From positions 1 through 64,000 of the forward strand of contig CBFGTS010000020.1 in the NCBI GenBank assembly GCA_965652295.1: a stretch of 64,000 nt of DNA. Direction: 5' to 3'. The notes below the pieces were generated by a model. That model ran no database searches. It was given only the letters and a program-made list of their open reading frames with translations, and was not told the DNA's origin. Position numbers and translations under genes: made by a program. Below, one piece after another: positions 46,169-56,432 of this stretch. Positions within the stretch are counted from its first letter, which is position 1. The number at the start of each line of letters is the position of its first letter. Source of the stretch: an uncultured Haloferula sp. Lineage in GTDB: Bacteria; Verrucomicrobiota; Verrucomicrobiia; Verrucomicrobiales; Akkermansiaceae.

Positions 46169-49100
46169 ATGCCCGCCCGCAATACCGTCATCCTCCTTGT
46201 CCCGCTGTTCTGCCTCGTTGTGGCGGTCTTTTTCGCCTGGGACTCGCCCCTCCGTCCCTCCGCGCCGGCTCCCCATCCTGCCCAATCTCCCCGGACGGTT
46301 CTCCCTGGGCCGGCACCCACCGCGAAAGGCCAACCCCTCCTCCTCGAAGGAACCGCACCGCGCCGTCACTCGACTCGAACCGGCGTCCACCTCAGCACTC
46401 CGCCCTGGACCCTCGCCGAGCCCACCGCCGCGACCGATCCCCACACCATCCACCAACGTCATGCCCGGCTCAGCCCGAACTTCTTCGACGATCTCCTCGG
46501 CTCCAGGGCATCTTCCTTCGGACTCTCGCTCGCCCCTGGGCGCGTCATTCGCGCCACCGAACCCCGCTTCCTTTCGCGCGGCCCCGACACCCGGACTCTG
46601 ATCGCCCGCACCCCCGGCTCGCCCGTGCCCAACGTCCTCCTCGTCCTCCATCACGGCGTCGTCCACGGCTCGATCACCCTCTACGAAACCGGCGAGTTCT
46701 TCGAGATCGGCTCCACCTCCTCCGGCGAGTCTATCCTCCGCCAGCTCGATCCCGCATCCTTCGCCGAACCCTGCGACTGCGGCCAGATCCACGCCGACCC
46801 CGCCGCACCTTTCGACCTCTCCCAGGCCACCTTCTCGACGCCACTGAACGCGACCGCCCAGCCCATCGTCATCGACACTGTCGTCGGCTACGGAAGCCAG
46901 GCCCGCATCGACGCCGGCGGCACGGCCCAGATCGAGGCCCTCATCATCGCCGCCATCGACCGCTCCAACGTCGCCTTCGACAACTCCGGCATCGGCCAAA
47001 TCGAGGTGAATCTCCGCGCCACCCTTGAGGATCCCGACTACATCTTTCCCGGTTCCAGGGCCAACAGCATGGGTTCCAACGACGAGCTCGGCGACCTCAA
47101 CCATCCCGTCGATGGCAACCTCGATGCCATCACCGACCTTCAGACCGCGCTCGGTGCGGACCATGCCGCCTTCGTCGTCACCGACGCCCAGGGCGGCACC
47201 GCCGGTATCGCCTACAAGGTCGGTGCCTCAATGGTTGTCTCCCGCACCTACATGAACGCCGTCACCCACGTCTTCGCCCACGAGCTCGGCCACAACATCG
47301 GTGCCGGCCATTCGTGGGGAGATTCCTCCGGAGATCTCGATGCCTACAGCTACTACGGATGGCGTATCCAGACTCCGAACCTCGGCAAACGCCGCACGAT
47401 CATGGCCTACGATTCCGGCTGGATCCGCATCCCGCACTTCTCGAATCCCGCCGTCACCTTCGACGGCATCCCCACCGGAGTTCCCGCCGGTTACGACGCG
47501 ACTAGCGACTCGAATGCCGACCCCCGCTACGTCTCCGGCGGCTACATCGAAACCGCCGGCACCGGCTTCGATGGCTCGGATCCCAACCTGGGTGCCGACT
47601 GCGCCACCTTCCTTGCCGGCGCTGCCAGCCACCTCGCCGGTTTCGCTTCGCGGCCCGATCCCGTCTTTGAAGTCACCGTTGAAAGCGGCCAGCCCCTCCT
47701 CAGCGGAGCCGCCGAAGTGGCCTTTCGCACCACCTCGATCACCGCCACCGACACCCGCGCCTTCACCCTCCGCAACGTCGGCTCCGCGACCTTGGAAAAC
47801 ATCACCCTCTCGCTCGGCGCGCCCGTCTCCTTTTCCATGATCGCCGGTCCCGGTCCGTCCCTCGCCCCCGGCGCGGAAACCTCCTTCGTCATCGGATTCG
47901 CTCCCACGGCCGGAGCCGATGAAACCGTTTCTCTCACGCTGTCATCGACTACCCCGGACGCTCCGGATTTCACCACCACCCTCGTCGGTGACTACGATCC
48001 GCCCGCACCGGCCCTCGTCGTCTCCCATCCCTCCGACACGACGCTGGTGCCGGGCGAAAGCCAGCTTTGGCTCCCGACCTCCGGCAGCAGTCCCGTAACC
48101 CGGACTCTCCACCTCATGAACGCCGGCGAACTCGACCTCGCCGATCTCGCCTTCACTCTTTCCGGCGACGACGCGTCCGATTTTTCGCTGGCTCTCCCGG
48201 CCGACTCGATCCTCACCCCCGGCGCATCCGCCCTCCTCGCGGTCACCTTCACCCCGGGCGCTTCGGCTGTTTCCACCACCACCCTCCACATCGCATCGAA
48301 CGACCCCGAACATCCCGACTTCGAGATTCCGATCATCGGCAGCACCGACGGGACCTTTTCCTGCGAGTCATTCGAAGGAGACCTCGGCGTCTGGAGCCAT
48401 GGCGGAGACACCCCGAACTGGGAACTCCGCACCGGCTCAACCCCCACTTTCGGCACCGGCCCGTCCGGAGCCCATGATGGAGATCAATATCTCTTCACCG
48501 AGTCCACCGGAAACCCTTATCACAATTTCGAGATCGAGTCGTCCTTCGACTTCTCCCATCTCGCCACTGCCGAGATCGCCTTCCACTACCACATGTATGG
48601 AAGCGCCATCGGTCAGCTCCACGTCGAAATCTTCGATGAGGAAACCTGGCTGATCCTGTGGACCCGCGACGGTCAGCAGCACGCTGCCGACACCGACCCG
48701 TGGTCCGAGGGCGTCGTGGATCTCGCCGCCTACGCCGGGAGCCCGCAGGTCCGCCTCCGCATCCGCGGCGTCACCGCCAACCTCTCGCGGGGCGACATCG
48801 GCCTCGATGCCGTTTCGCTGCGCGGCACGCCGGAAACCCACACCCTCACCTACACCACTGTCCCCGGCGGCTCGCTCGCCGGCTCGACCTCCCAGACCGT
48901 TGAACACGCCGCCGACGCCACCGCGGTCACCGCCGTTGCGGAAGAAGGCCACACCTTTGCCAGCTGGAGCGATGGCGTCTTCGACAACCCCCGCACCGAC
49001 CTCGCCGTCTCGTCCGACCTCGCCGTCACCGCGCTCTTCCTGGCGGACACAGCGCCTGGCTTTGCCACTTGGGCCGCCGCTGCCGATCTCCCCGAGGGTC

Positions 49101-49492
49101 TCGACGGTCCGGAGGACTCAGCGCTCGGTGACGGCATCCCAAACATCTTCAAATACGCCTTCAACCTTGATCCGACGAGCTACGGGGCTCACCGGATTTC
49201 ACCCGATTCGGGCACCTCCGGCCTGCCGCATACCGCACTCACCAACGGCGTGCTCACCGTCGTCTATCTCCGCAGCACCTCGTCACCCGACCTCGCCTAC
49301 GAAGTCTCCTTCTCCAGCAATCTCGACGAAGCAAGCTGGCAGTCCATAGGGGTGGAGACTTCGGTCGTGGCGATCGACGACGATTGGGAAAGGGTCACAG
49401 TCACCGATTCCGACACCACCTCTCCGGCTCGCTTCGCCCGGGTGGCCGTGGCGAGTATGCTCACCGTATCTTCCCCCACGCCCGATGACTGA
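46169..49492 (+). CDS. Secreted M12/reprolysin-like zinc metalloprotease with Ig-like (choice-of-anchor D-like), MAM and InlB-B-repeat-like domains and a verrucomicrobial C-terminal domain
   Basis: HELGHNIGAGH zincin, TIMAY Met-turn, FHYHMYG (MAM), GHTFASWSDG, DGIPNIFKYAF...RFARV. Confidence 0.85.
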   Translation: MPARNTVILLVPLFCLVVAVFFAWDSPLRPSAPAPHPAQSPRTVLPGPAPTAKGQPLLLEGTAPRRHSTRTGVHLSTPPWTLAEPTAATDPHTIHQRHARLSPNFFDDLLGSRASSFGLSLAPGRVIRATEPRFLSRGPDTRTLIARTPGSPVPNVLLVLHHGVVHGSITLYETGEFFEIGSTSSGESILRQLDPASFAEPCDCGQIHADPAAPFDLSQATFSTPLNATAQPIVIDTVVGYGSQARIDAGGTAQIEALIIAAIDRSNVAFDNSGIGQIEVNLRATLEDPDYIFPGSRANSMGSNDELGDLNHPVDGNLDAITDLQTALGADHAAFVVTDAQGGTAGIAYKVGASMVVSRTYMNAVTHVFAHELGHNIGAGHSWGDSSGDLDAYSYYGWRIQTPNLGKRRTIMAYDSGWIRIPHFSNPAVTFDGIPTGVPAGYDATSDSNADPRYVSGGYIETAGTGFDGSDPNLGADCATFLAGAASHLAGFASRPDPVFEVTVESGQPLLSGAAEVAFRTTSITATDTRAFTLRNVGSATLENITLSLGAPVSFSMIAGPGPSLAPGAETSFVIGFAPTAGADETVSLTLSSTTPDAPDFTTTLVGDYDPPAPALVVSHPSDTTLVPGESQLWLPTSGSSPVTRTLHLMNAGELDLADLAFTLSGDDASDFSLALPADSILTPGASALLAVTFTPGASAVSTTTLHIASNDPEHPDFEIPIIGSTDGTFSCESFEGDLGVWSHGGDTPNWELRTGSTPTFGTGPSGAHDGDQYLFTESTGNPYHNFEIESSFDFSHLATAEIAFHYHMYGSAIGQLHVEIFDEETWLILWTRDGQQHAADTDPWSEGVVDLAAYAGSPQVRLRIRGVTANLSRGDIGLDAVSLRGTPETHTLTYTTVPGGSLAGSTSQTVEHAADATAVTAVAEEGHTFASWSDGVFDNPRTDLAVSSDLAVTALFLADTAPGFATWAAAADLPEGLDGPEDSALGDGIPNIFKYAFNLDPTSYGAHRISPDSGTSGLPHTALTNGVLTVVYLRSTSSPDLAYEVSFSSNLDEASWQSIGVETSVVAIDDDWERVTVTDSDTTSPARFARVAVASMLTVSSPTPDD

Positions 49493-49576
49493 CGTCACCG
49501 CTCTTCGGCTTTGCGCGATTTCGTAAGCGGGGATTCATGCCCTGTTCAGATTCGGCTTGATATTCATGAATCCCAA

Positions 49577-50329
49577 ATGAACCACGCTCTGCTTGCGCTA
49601 GCCCTGCTCCTCGCCACGCCTGCCTTTGCCCAAAGCTTCGTCACCTGGGACGGTGGTGGCGACGGTGCGTCCTTCGAGTCCAGCGCCAACTGGCTCCAGT
49701 TCGATACCTTCGGCCCGCCGCCGGAGGGCACCTTCGCCAGCGGCAACGTCATCGGTTACCACGAGGTCCTGATCTTCGCCCCCCTGGAAGTCATCGACCT
49801 CAATCAAAACCACAAGGTCAACCTCGGCGACGGCAACATGCTGACGGTCACCGATGCCATTGTCACCGCCCAGTACAACACGAGCTTCTATCCCACAACC
49901 CTCGGTGCCGGCGGCAGCCAGGCCGTCATCCTCGATGGCACCACCGCTTTCGAATACGGCTGGTCCTGGGACACCGCCTGGAGCCTCGCCGATACCGCCA
50001 CCCTCACCGCGCACAACTCGAACTCGAACGCCGACAGCGGCATCCTCGGCAAGACCTCCACCCTCGCCTTCGAGAGCCTCGACTCCCGCTACCACACCAC
50101 CGCGATCGACTACACCACGGTCGATCCCACCTCGCTTCTCGCCAAGATGACCGTGCTCGGCGCGCCCGCCGTCGCCGGCGAAAACATCCTCATCACCTCC
50201 GATGGTGCCGGCGGTGCCTTTTTCACTCCGGTGCCCGAACCTTCGACGGCCTCACTCGCTCTCGCGGCCACGGCGCTTTGTTTCCGTCGCAAGAGAAGTG
50301 GTGACTCCGTCCACCGCTCTACTTGCTAA
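49577..50329 (+). CDS. PEP-CTERM sorting-domain protein
   Basis: Signal peptide; VPEPS, TM helix, RRKR. Confidence 0.88.
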   Translation: MNHALLALALLLATPAFAQSFVTWDGGGDGASFESSANWLQFDTFGPPPEGTFASGNVIGYHEVLIFAPLEVIDLNQNHKVNLGDGNMLTVTDAIVTAQYNTSFYPTTLGAGGSQAVILDGTTAFEYGWSWDTAWSLADTATLTAHNSNSNADSGILGKTSTLAFESLDSRYHTTAIDYTTVDPTSLLAKMTVLGAPAVAGENILITSDGAGGAFFTPVPEPSTASLALAATALCFRRKRSGDSVHRSTC

Positions 50330-50779
50330 CCTTCTCCGGATTTCCCGGCGATTCATCTCATCGAACTGGCCGTGGCGGGGAATGCAAAAGGACCGCCTCA
50401 ATGGAGATCGTGTGAGTGCCCCTGATGCCCTTGGTGAGCTCCCGGAAGTGGGGCGATGTCGGTCACATAGACCGTCTGCTGGTCCCCCTCGGAGATTTGG
50501 TCCCTGCCGGAAGCTTGGGAAAAGAGTTCGCTGACGATCACCCGCCGTAGCTCCTCGAAAGTTTTTCGGGGGACGAAAAAGGAAATCCTCCAGATGTTCG
50601 AGGCTGCGCAGCTGCCGCTGGACGAGCAGTCGTTCGAGGGTGTGTCCGGACAAGCCTTTGAGCTGCGTCTTTGGGGGTGCCGGGAGAAGATGGGGAAGGC
50701 ATGCCATCGCAAATTTGCGTGGGAAAGTCGGGTGAAACCGGATAAACGGGCCGTATCCCATGGAACGGGAGAACCGATC

Positions 50780-51487
50780 ATGAAAACCCTTGCTTCATTT
50801 CTACTGTCCGCCGCGTTCGCGGTGGGCGCGACGTCGGCCGCTGATGACGACGTTCCTGCGGGCTCACTTTCCCAAGTGAAGTTCGGCGATGTGGTCAACG
50901 AGGTCGATTTCAAGCCGGATGAACTCACGGGAAAAGTCGTGGTGGTGGAAAAGTGGGGCACCCAGTGCGGGCCCTGCATCGCCTTCCTTCCGGAGCTGGC
51001 GAAGATCGCCAAACGTTACGAAAAGAAGGGCCTCGCGGTGGTGGGGATGGAGGTGCAGCAAAGCAAGAAGGATGACATCAACGAGCTGCTGAAGGACGCG
51101 AAGGTGAAGTACCCCGTGGTGGCCGGAGGCAGCACGCCGGTGAATGCCGACGGGATTCCGCATGCCCACGTGTTCGGTCCGGATGGGAAACTCCTGTGGG
51201 CGGGGAATCCGCACGAGGACGGGTTCACGGACTCGATCAAGGATGGCTTGCGAGCCTATAAGAAGATGCCGGAGGAGGAGCCGGGGGCGGAGGAAGAGAG
51301 CGAAGACGGCCCGTTGGTGGCGTCGCGGGGTTGGACGAACAGCGAAGGGAAATCCATCACGGCCGAGGTGCTGAGGGTCGAGGGCGGGAAGGTGATTTTC
51401 CGGATGAATGGCCGCGAGGTGCCTTACCAACTCGATCAGCTGGTGGAGGAGGATCAAAAGACGATCCGCGAGGCGGCGGAGCAGTGA
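50780..51487 (+). CDS. TlpA-like thioredoxin with C-terminal SHD1-like domain
   Basis: GKVVVVEKWGTQCGPC, GIPHA, RGWTNSEGKSITA. Confidence 0.88.
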   Translation: MKTLASFLLSAAFAVGATSAADDDVPAGSLSQVKFGDVVNEVDFKPDELTGKVVVVEKWGTQCGPCIAFLPELAKIAKRYEKKGLAVVGMEVQQSKKDDINELLKDAKVKYPVVAGGSTPVNADGIPHAHVFGPDGKLLWAGNPHEDGFTDSIKDGLRAYKKMPEEEPGAEEESEDGPLVASRGWTNSEGKSITAEVLRVEGGKVIFRMNGREVPYQLDQLVEEDQKTIREAAEQ

Positions 51488-51542
51488 CTCCCGCACGGCG
51501 GCTTGAAACAACCGGCTGCTTGTTGCGAAAAGAAGCCATGAT

Positions 51543-52247
51543 ATGACAAGCAGCGTGGCGACGGAGAAAAGACAGCCTTTGTTTCTGACGACGCGGTGGT
51601 CGCTGGTGGCCGGGGCGGCGGCGGAAGCGGATGAGTCGCTGGAGGCGCTCTGCCGACAATACTGGCAGCCGGTTTATGCCGTGGCGCGCCGGGCGGGGAA
51701 TGATGTGGAGACCGCAAAGGACCTGACCCAGGGGTTCTTTGCGCGAATCCTTGAAAAGGGCTCGCTGGCGAGGGCGGATCGCGACAAGGGGCGTTTCCGG
51801 ACCTTCCTCGTGACGGCGCTGAAGCGCTACATGGTCACGGAGTGGCGGCGCGATCATGCGGCGAAGCGCGGCGGCTTTGCGCAGACCGTGCCGCTGGACG
51901 CGGAACTGGCCGAGCGGGTGGGCTCGGGCGATCGGGACATGCAGCCGGACCGGCTGTTCGATCGCCGGTGGGCGCTGGCCTTGCTGGATGCGGCATTGGT
52001 CCGGCTGGAGAGCGAGATGGGACGGGACTTCGCGATCCTGAAGGAGTGCCTGACGGCGGGACGGGGAGAGATCGACTATCCCCTCCTGTCCCGGCAGCTC
52101 GGCGGCACGGAAGGAGCGGCACGGGTGGCGGTGCATCGGCTGCGCAGGCGCTATCGGGCGGCGATCCGCGATGAGGTCGCGCGCACCGTGGCGGATGAAT
52201 CCGACGTGGAGGAGGAAATGCGGGCCTTGATGGAGGCCTTGGCGTAA
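51543..52247 (+). CDS. ECF sigma factor of the Ser/Thr-kinase-associated type
   Basis: FLTTRWSLV, YWQPVY, KGRFRTFL, RVAVHRLRRRY; directly upstream of a kinase. Confidence 0.9.
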   Translation: MTSSVATEKRQPLFLTTRWSLVAGAAAEADESLEALCRQYWQPVYAVARRAGNDVETAKDLTQGFFARILEKGSLARADRDKGRFRTFLVTALKRYMVTEWRRDHAAKRGGFAQTVPLDAELAERVGSGDRDMQPDRLFDRRWALALLDAALVRLESEMGRDFAILKECLTAGRGEIDYPLLSRQLGGTEGAARVAVHRLRRRYRAAIRDEVARTVADESDVEEEMRALMEALA

Positions 52248-52271
52248 CAAACCGGGGTCCGATGCGAACCC

Positions 52272-55200
52272 ATGGCCATGAAGGAGATGAAACCCTGTGG
52301 ACGTTGCGGTGCGGAGCTGTCGGAGGATGCCGTCGGCGGTCTCTGTCCGCGCTGTCTGATGGCGCTGAATTTCGAATCGCGCACCATGCCGGAGGGCGAG
52401 GCTCCTCCGCAGCTCGCACCGCTTTCGCCGGAGGAAATGCGCGAGCACTTTCCCCAGTTCGAGATCCTGGAATGCCTCGGTCGCGGCGGCATGGGCGTGG
52501 TTTACAAGGCGCGGCAGAAGGCGCTCGACCGCGTGGTGGCCATCAAGGTGCTGGCCGGCGAATGGCAGGGTGATCCCGGCTTTGCCGGGCGATTCGAGCG
52601 CGAGGCGAAGACCTTGGCGCAGATGAGCCACCCGAACATCGTGACGGTCCACGATTTCGGCGAAGCCGGCGGGCTCTACTACATCGTCATGGAATACGTC
52701 GATGGCGTGAACCTCCGCGACCTGCTGCGGGAGGGGAAGATGGACCCGGAGCAGGCGTTGGCGATCGTGCCGCCGGTGTGCGAGGCGCTGGAATACGCGC
52801 ACGGTAAAGGGGTGGTCCACCGCGACATCAAGCCGGAGAACGTGCTGTTGGATCGCGAGGGCCGGGTGAAAATCGCGGACTTCGGGATCGCCTCACTTGT
52901 CGGTGGGAGCGGCGAGAAATCCGGGACGCCGCCCTACATGGCACCCGAGCAGGAGAAGGGCAGCGTGGACAAGCGGGCGGATATCTACGCGCTGGGCGTG
53001 GTGCTCTACGAAATGCTTACCGGCGAGCGGCCTGCGAAGGATGTCGTGGTTCCATCGCGGAAAGTGGAGGTGGACATGAGGATCGATGAGATGGTGCTGC
53101 GGGCCTTGGAGAAGGAACCGGAGCGGCGTTACCAGACGGCGGCGGAATTCAGGACGGTGGTGGAGACGGTGGCCAAGCCACCGGCTGGTAGTCAGCTTGA
53201 CACCAAGCCATGTGTTGCCAGTTTGAATGCTCCCTCCATCGTTGTGCCGATGGGATTGTGGCTGTCGACGTACTCTGTGCTTCTGGGTTGGTTGTTCATA
53301 TCGTCATCCAAACTTCCAAATCGGATGGCGAGCCATTTTGATATCCATGGGCAGGTCGATGGATGGATGGTGCGAGGAGGATACTTGGTCCTGATGGGTG
53401 GGCTTCCCTTGTTTTTTGCCGTGCTGTTCGGGGGTGTGAGTTGGGCGGTAGTACGCTTTCCGAGTCTGGCTAACATTCCCCGGCGCGATTATTGGCTCGC
53501 ATCCGAACGCCGCGAGTTCACCAGCAAGCTCCTTCTGCAGCGCTTCATGTGGCTCAATGTGCTGATGACTGGACTTTTTTGCGGCCTGCATTCGCTCCTC
53601 TTGCAGGCAAATCGACTTGAATCGCCGCGACTGGAGCAGGGCGGGTTGACCCTGCTATTGCTCGTTTCATTTTCTGCTCTCCTCGTCTGGATCGTGTCTC
53701 TCTTGATGCGGTTTGCGGAAACCGGGGAGTCCGACAAGCCATCTTGCGAAGAGGTGACGCCTGTTGACCCCCCAAATTACTCCCAAGCCGAACTCGATGC
53801 GATGTCGAACGATCCGGCCAACTGGCGCTTCTACTCTTCTGTCTACTTCTGTCGTCAGGATCCACGGATTGTGGTACCGAGGCGCCTGCATGGCTTTGGC
53901 TGGACGGTTAATTTCGCCCGCCCGTGGTCCATTCCTTTCACTGTGGCACTGGTGGTCGCCGTGTCGGGGCTGCTCAAGCTCCTCCGGGAATCGGGTTACA
54001 CCTCGATGAATCACCAGATCCTCGCCATCCTTGCGATTCTGTTCGGCGTGATCTGGACCTGCCACCGCTTGTCGCGAGGCCCCCAGCGCCGTGATGGAAA
54101 TCCTCCACCTCTTGTACGGACACTGATTGTCGGCGGTATTGCTACCGGACTCGCCGCCCTGTTGTGGACTCAACCGACGTCACGTGCGTTCCAGATCTCG
54201 ACAAGCGGGTCCACCTACGGCTTCGCACCGGCGGTTTCATTGATCGTTCCCGAACCGCATGAGGGCGGATCCTGCATCCTTGATTTCGAAAGCGGGAGTC
54301 TCATGACTCCGCCCGATCTGCTTGCCCGGCAACTAGCTAAGGGCATCGTGAAATTGGACGATGCTTCATTGCTCTGGCTGCGGGAAACCGGCGCGGATGC
54401 CGTGGTGCACATGCCGAGCAAGGAAGTCGGTCCCGGGCTGCGCATGTTCGAAGGCATGGCATTCAGGCTCGCTATCGACGGAAAATCACCCCTTGAATTC
54501 GATGAGATTACACCCGCCGATGTGGCGGATATGGTCCGGACTTTGCCAATCGAAAGCCGCCAGCAGTTTTCCGAAGCCAGGGATTACTATCACGCCGCAA
54601 GCACCCTCGGTCCGGCAGCAATGGCTTTTGTCACCCGAGAGGGGACGATGGGAGTATTGGAAATATTCGGTCCGAACTCAAATCCTCAGGGGCTTCGCAT
54701 CCGCTACAAACTAGTGACGCCTCCTTCGGCAGCAACCTCCACATCCGTAGTCGGGCTTTCCGAGGAAGCTTGGCAATTCTGGCGGGCGGGCCAATCAGCT
54801 GAAGCCAGATCGAAGTTCGAGCAAGTGGTGAAATTAGCGCCGGGCGATGCGGACGCATGGAACGGCCTCGGTTGGTCATGCTTCAATTCCGGCGATTCCG
54901 AAACGGCGGAGAATGCGTTCCAGAAGGTCCTCGAACTCGAACCCAACCACCCGGGGGCGCTCAATGGGCTGGGGCAGATCTACTTTTCGCTGCGGCAATA
55001 TGAACAAGCTGAAGACTACCTGCTCAAAGCCGCAGAGCGGAATGCCACGGCGGCTTGGTTCGGATTGGCGCGGCTCTATCTTTTGCAGGGGAAATACCAG
55101 GAGGCGGAGAAATGGGCGCAAATGTTGGTGGATGCCGGACAAGCTGATGAGACCACGAAGAAGATGCTGGAAGCCGCGAGCCAGAGGAAACTGCCCAAGG

Positions 55201-56414
55201 GCCTCCGCATGATGATCGAGCCAGCGGCACTCGATCGGGATGGAAACTCGGGGTCAACGGAGGTTTCCGGCCCCTCGTTCACTCTCCGCTGGGTGGCGAA
55301 GCAGGATGAGCCGGATACGGTGGAACTGCCGGATGCTACCAAAGGTCAGGTTACCTATGCCGACGGCCGGGTCGAGGAGGAACACCTGAAGGTTTCCCAA
55401 ACCTGGCTACTGGAGCCGGCAATGATCGACACGGTCAACTGGAGTGAGTGGAGGGGCTCCGACAAGTCGCTGTTTCTCACGTTGAACAACGAAGCCCACA
55501 TGCTCGCCGTGCAAAAAGAGACGGAGGAGCGGCGTGGCGAGCATCTCGCCGCGGTCTGGCGTGGCAAGGTGATCGGCGTGTTCAGGGTGGAGGCGCCGCT
55601 GTCGGATGGGCTGACGATCCCCCTTGTGATGGATGACAAGGAGGCGAATGCGCTGGAGAGGGAGTTGAAGGCGGCAGTGACCACTTCCGCTGACACTGTC
55701 CCCGCTGCCATCCGCACCGACCAGATCATCATCTCAGACCTCGCCTTGCAGATGATCGTGGCGATCCGGGAGAAGGATGATGAGGCACTGAAGACACTGG
55801 CGAGCGATCGCATCGGAGGCTGGAAGGAGGCGCTGCCGACCTTCGCGCTGGAGCTGCGCGAGCGCTTCCGGCAGGTGACGGGCAAGGAGGGCTTTGAGTT
55901 GAGGCCGGGCGAGTCGAAGGTGAGGGACGGTCTGGGTGCGGTGAGGTGCGTCGGTGGCGACGAGCTGGGAGGGAAATGTGTGGTGATGCTTTTCGTGAAG
56001 ACGAAGGAGGGCTGGAAGAACTGTCTGCTGCGGGCGGCGACGGAGGACGTGCCGCTGGATGTTCATCTTGGCTATGTGGCGGGTCAGTTGGAAGCGGCCG
56101 CGGAGACATCGATGGCGAACGACTATCTGGATTTGCGGGAAGAGGTCGCGGTTTTGGAAGCCAGCGGCTTGGGCGGCGATCATCCCCAGCGCAGACAGGT
56201 GGAGACGAGGCTGAGAGCGCTGGAGAAGCTGTATCCCGGTTTGCCGGATGATGCCTGTGTGCGGATGGCGAAGGACCGGCTGACGAAGCTACGCGCTGAA
56301 CTGGAAGGGGAGCGGGCGGGATGGGTCGGCGAAATGCATCCACGTCTCAAACCACTCAAGGGAAGAATCGCCGCGCTTGAAGAAATCCAGGCGCGGCCAG
56401 CAGAATCGGACTAA
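52272..56414 (+). CDS. Membrane Ser/Thr kinase with Zn ribbon, DUF1648- and DUF5808-like membrane domains and TPRs
   Basis: CGRC..CPRC, GRGGMGVVY, HRDIKPEN, DFG, MAPE; SHFDIHGQVDGW; GWTVNFARP; AWNGLG/ALNGLG TPRs. Confidence 0.9.
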   Translation: MAMKEMKPCGRCGAELSEDAVGGLCPRCLMALNFESRTMPEGEAPPQLAPLSPEEMREHFPQFEILECLGRGGMGVVYKARQKALDRVVAIKVLAGEWQGDPGFAGRFEREAKTLAQMSHPNIVTVHDFGEAGGLYYIVMEYVDGVNLRDLLREGKMDPEQALAIVPPVCEALEYAHGKGVVHRDIKPENVLLDREGRVKIADFGIASLVGGSGEKSGTPPYMAPEQEKGSVDKRADIYALGVVLYEMLTGERPAKDVVVPSRKVEVDMRIDEMVLRALEKEPERRYQTAAEFRTVVETVAKPPAGSQLDTKPCVASLNAPSIVVPMGLWLSTYSVLLGWLFISSSKLPNRMASHFDIHGQVDGWMVRGGYLVLMGGLPLFFAVLFGGVSWAVVRFPSLANIPRRDYWLASERREFTSKLLLQRFMWLNVLMTGLFCGLHSLLLQANRLESPRLEQGGLTLLLLVSFSALLVWIVSLLMRFAETGESDKPSCEEVTPVDPPNYSQAELDAMSNDPANWRFYSSVYFCRQDPRIVVPRRLHGFGWTVNFARPWSIPFTVALVVAVSGLLKLLRESGYTSMNHQILAILAILFGVIWTCHRLSRGPQRRDGNPPPLVRTLIVGGIATGLAALLWTQPTSRAFQISTSGSTYGFAPAVSLIVPEPHEGGSCILDFESGSLMTPPDLLARQLAKGIVKLDDASLLWLRETGADAVVHMPSKEVGPGLRMFEGMAFRLAIDGKSPLEFDEITPADVADMVRTLPIESRQQFSEARDYYHAASTLGPAAMAFVTREGTMGVLEIFGPNSNPQGLRIRYKLVTPPSAATSTSVVGLSEEAWQFWRAGQSAEARSKFEQVVKLAPGDADAWNGLGWSCFNSGDSETAENAFQKVLELEPNHPGALNGLGQIYFSLRQYEQAEDYLLKAAERNATAAWFGLARLYLLQGKYQEAEKWAQMLVDAGQADETTKKMLEAASQRKLPKGLRMMIEPAALDRDGNSGSTEVSGPSFTLRWVAKQDEPDTVELPDATKGQVTYADGRVEEEHLKVSQTWLLEPAMIDTVNWSEWRGSDKSLFLTLNNEAHMLAVQKETEERRGEHLAAVWRGKVIGVFRVEAPLSDGLTIPLVMDDKEANALERELKAAVTTSADTVPAAIRTDQIIISDLALQMIVAIREKDDEALKTLASDRIGGWKEALPTFALELRERFRQVTGKEGFELRPGESKVRDGLGAVRCVGGDELGGKCVVMLFVKTKEGWKNCLLRAATEDVPLDVHLGYVAGQLEAAAETSMANDYLDLREEVAVLEASGLGGDHPQRRQVETRLRALEKLYPGLPDDACVRMAKDRLTKLRAELEGERAGWVGEMHPRLKPLKGRIAALEEIQARPAESD

Positions 56415-56432
56415 TTCTGCGGCCCGGACGGG

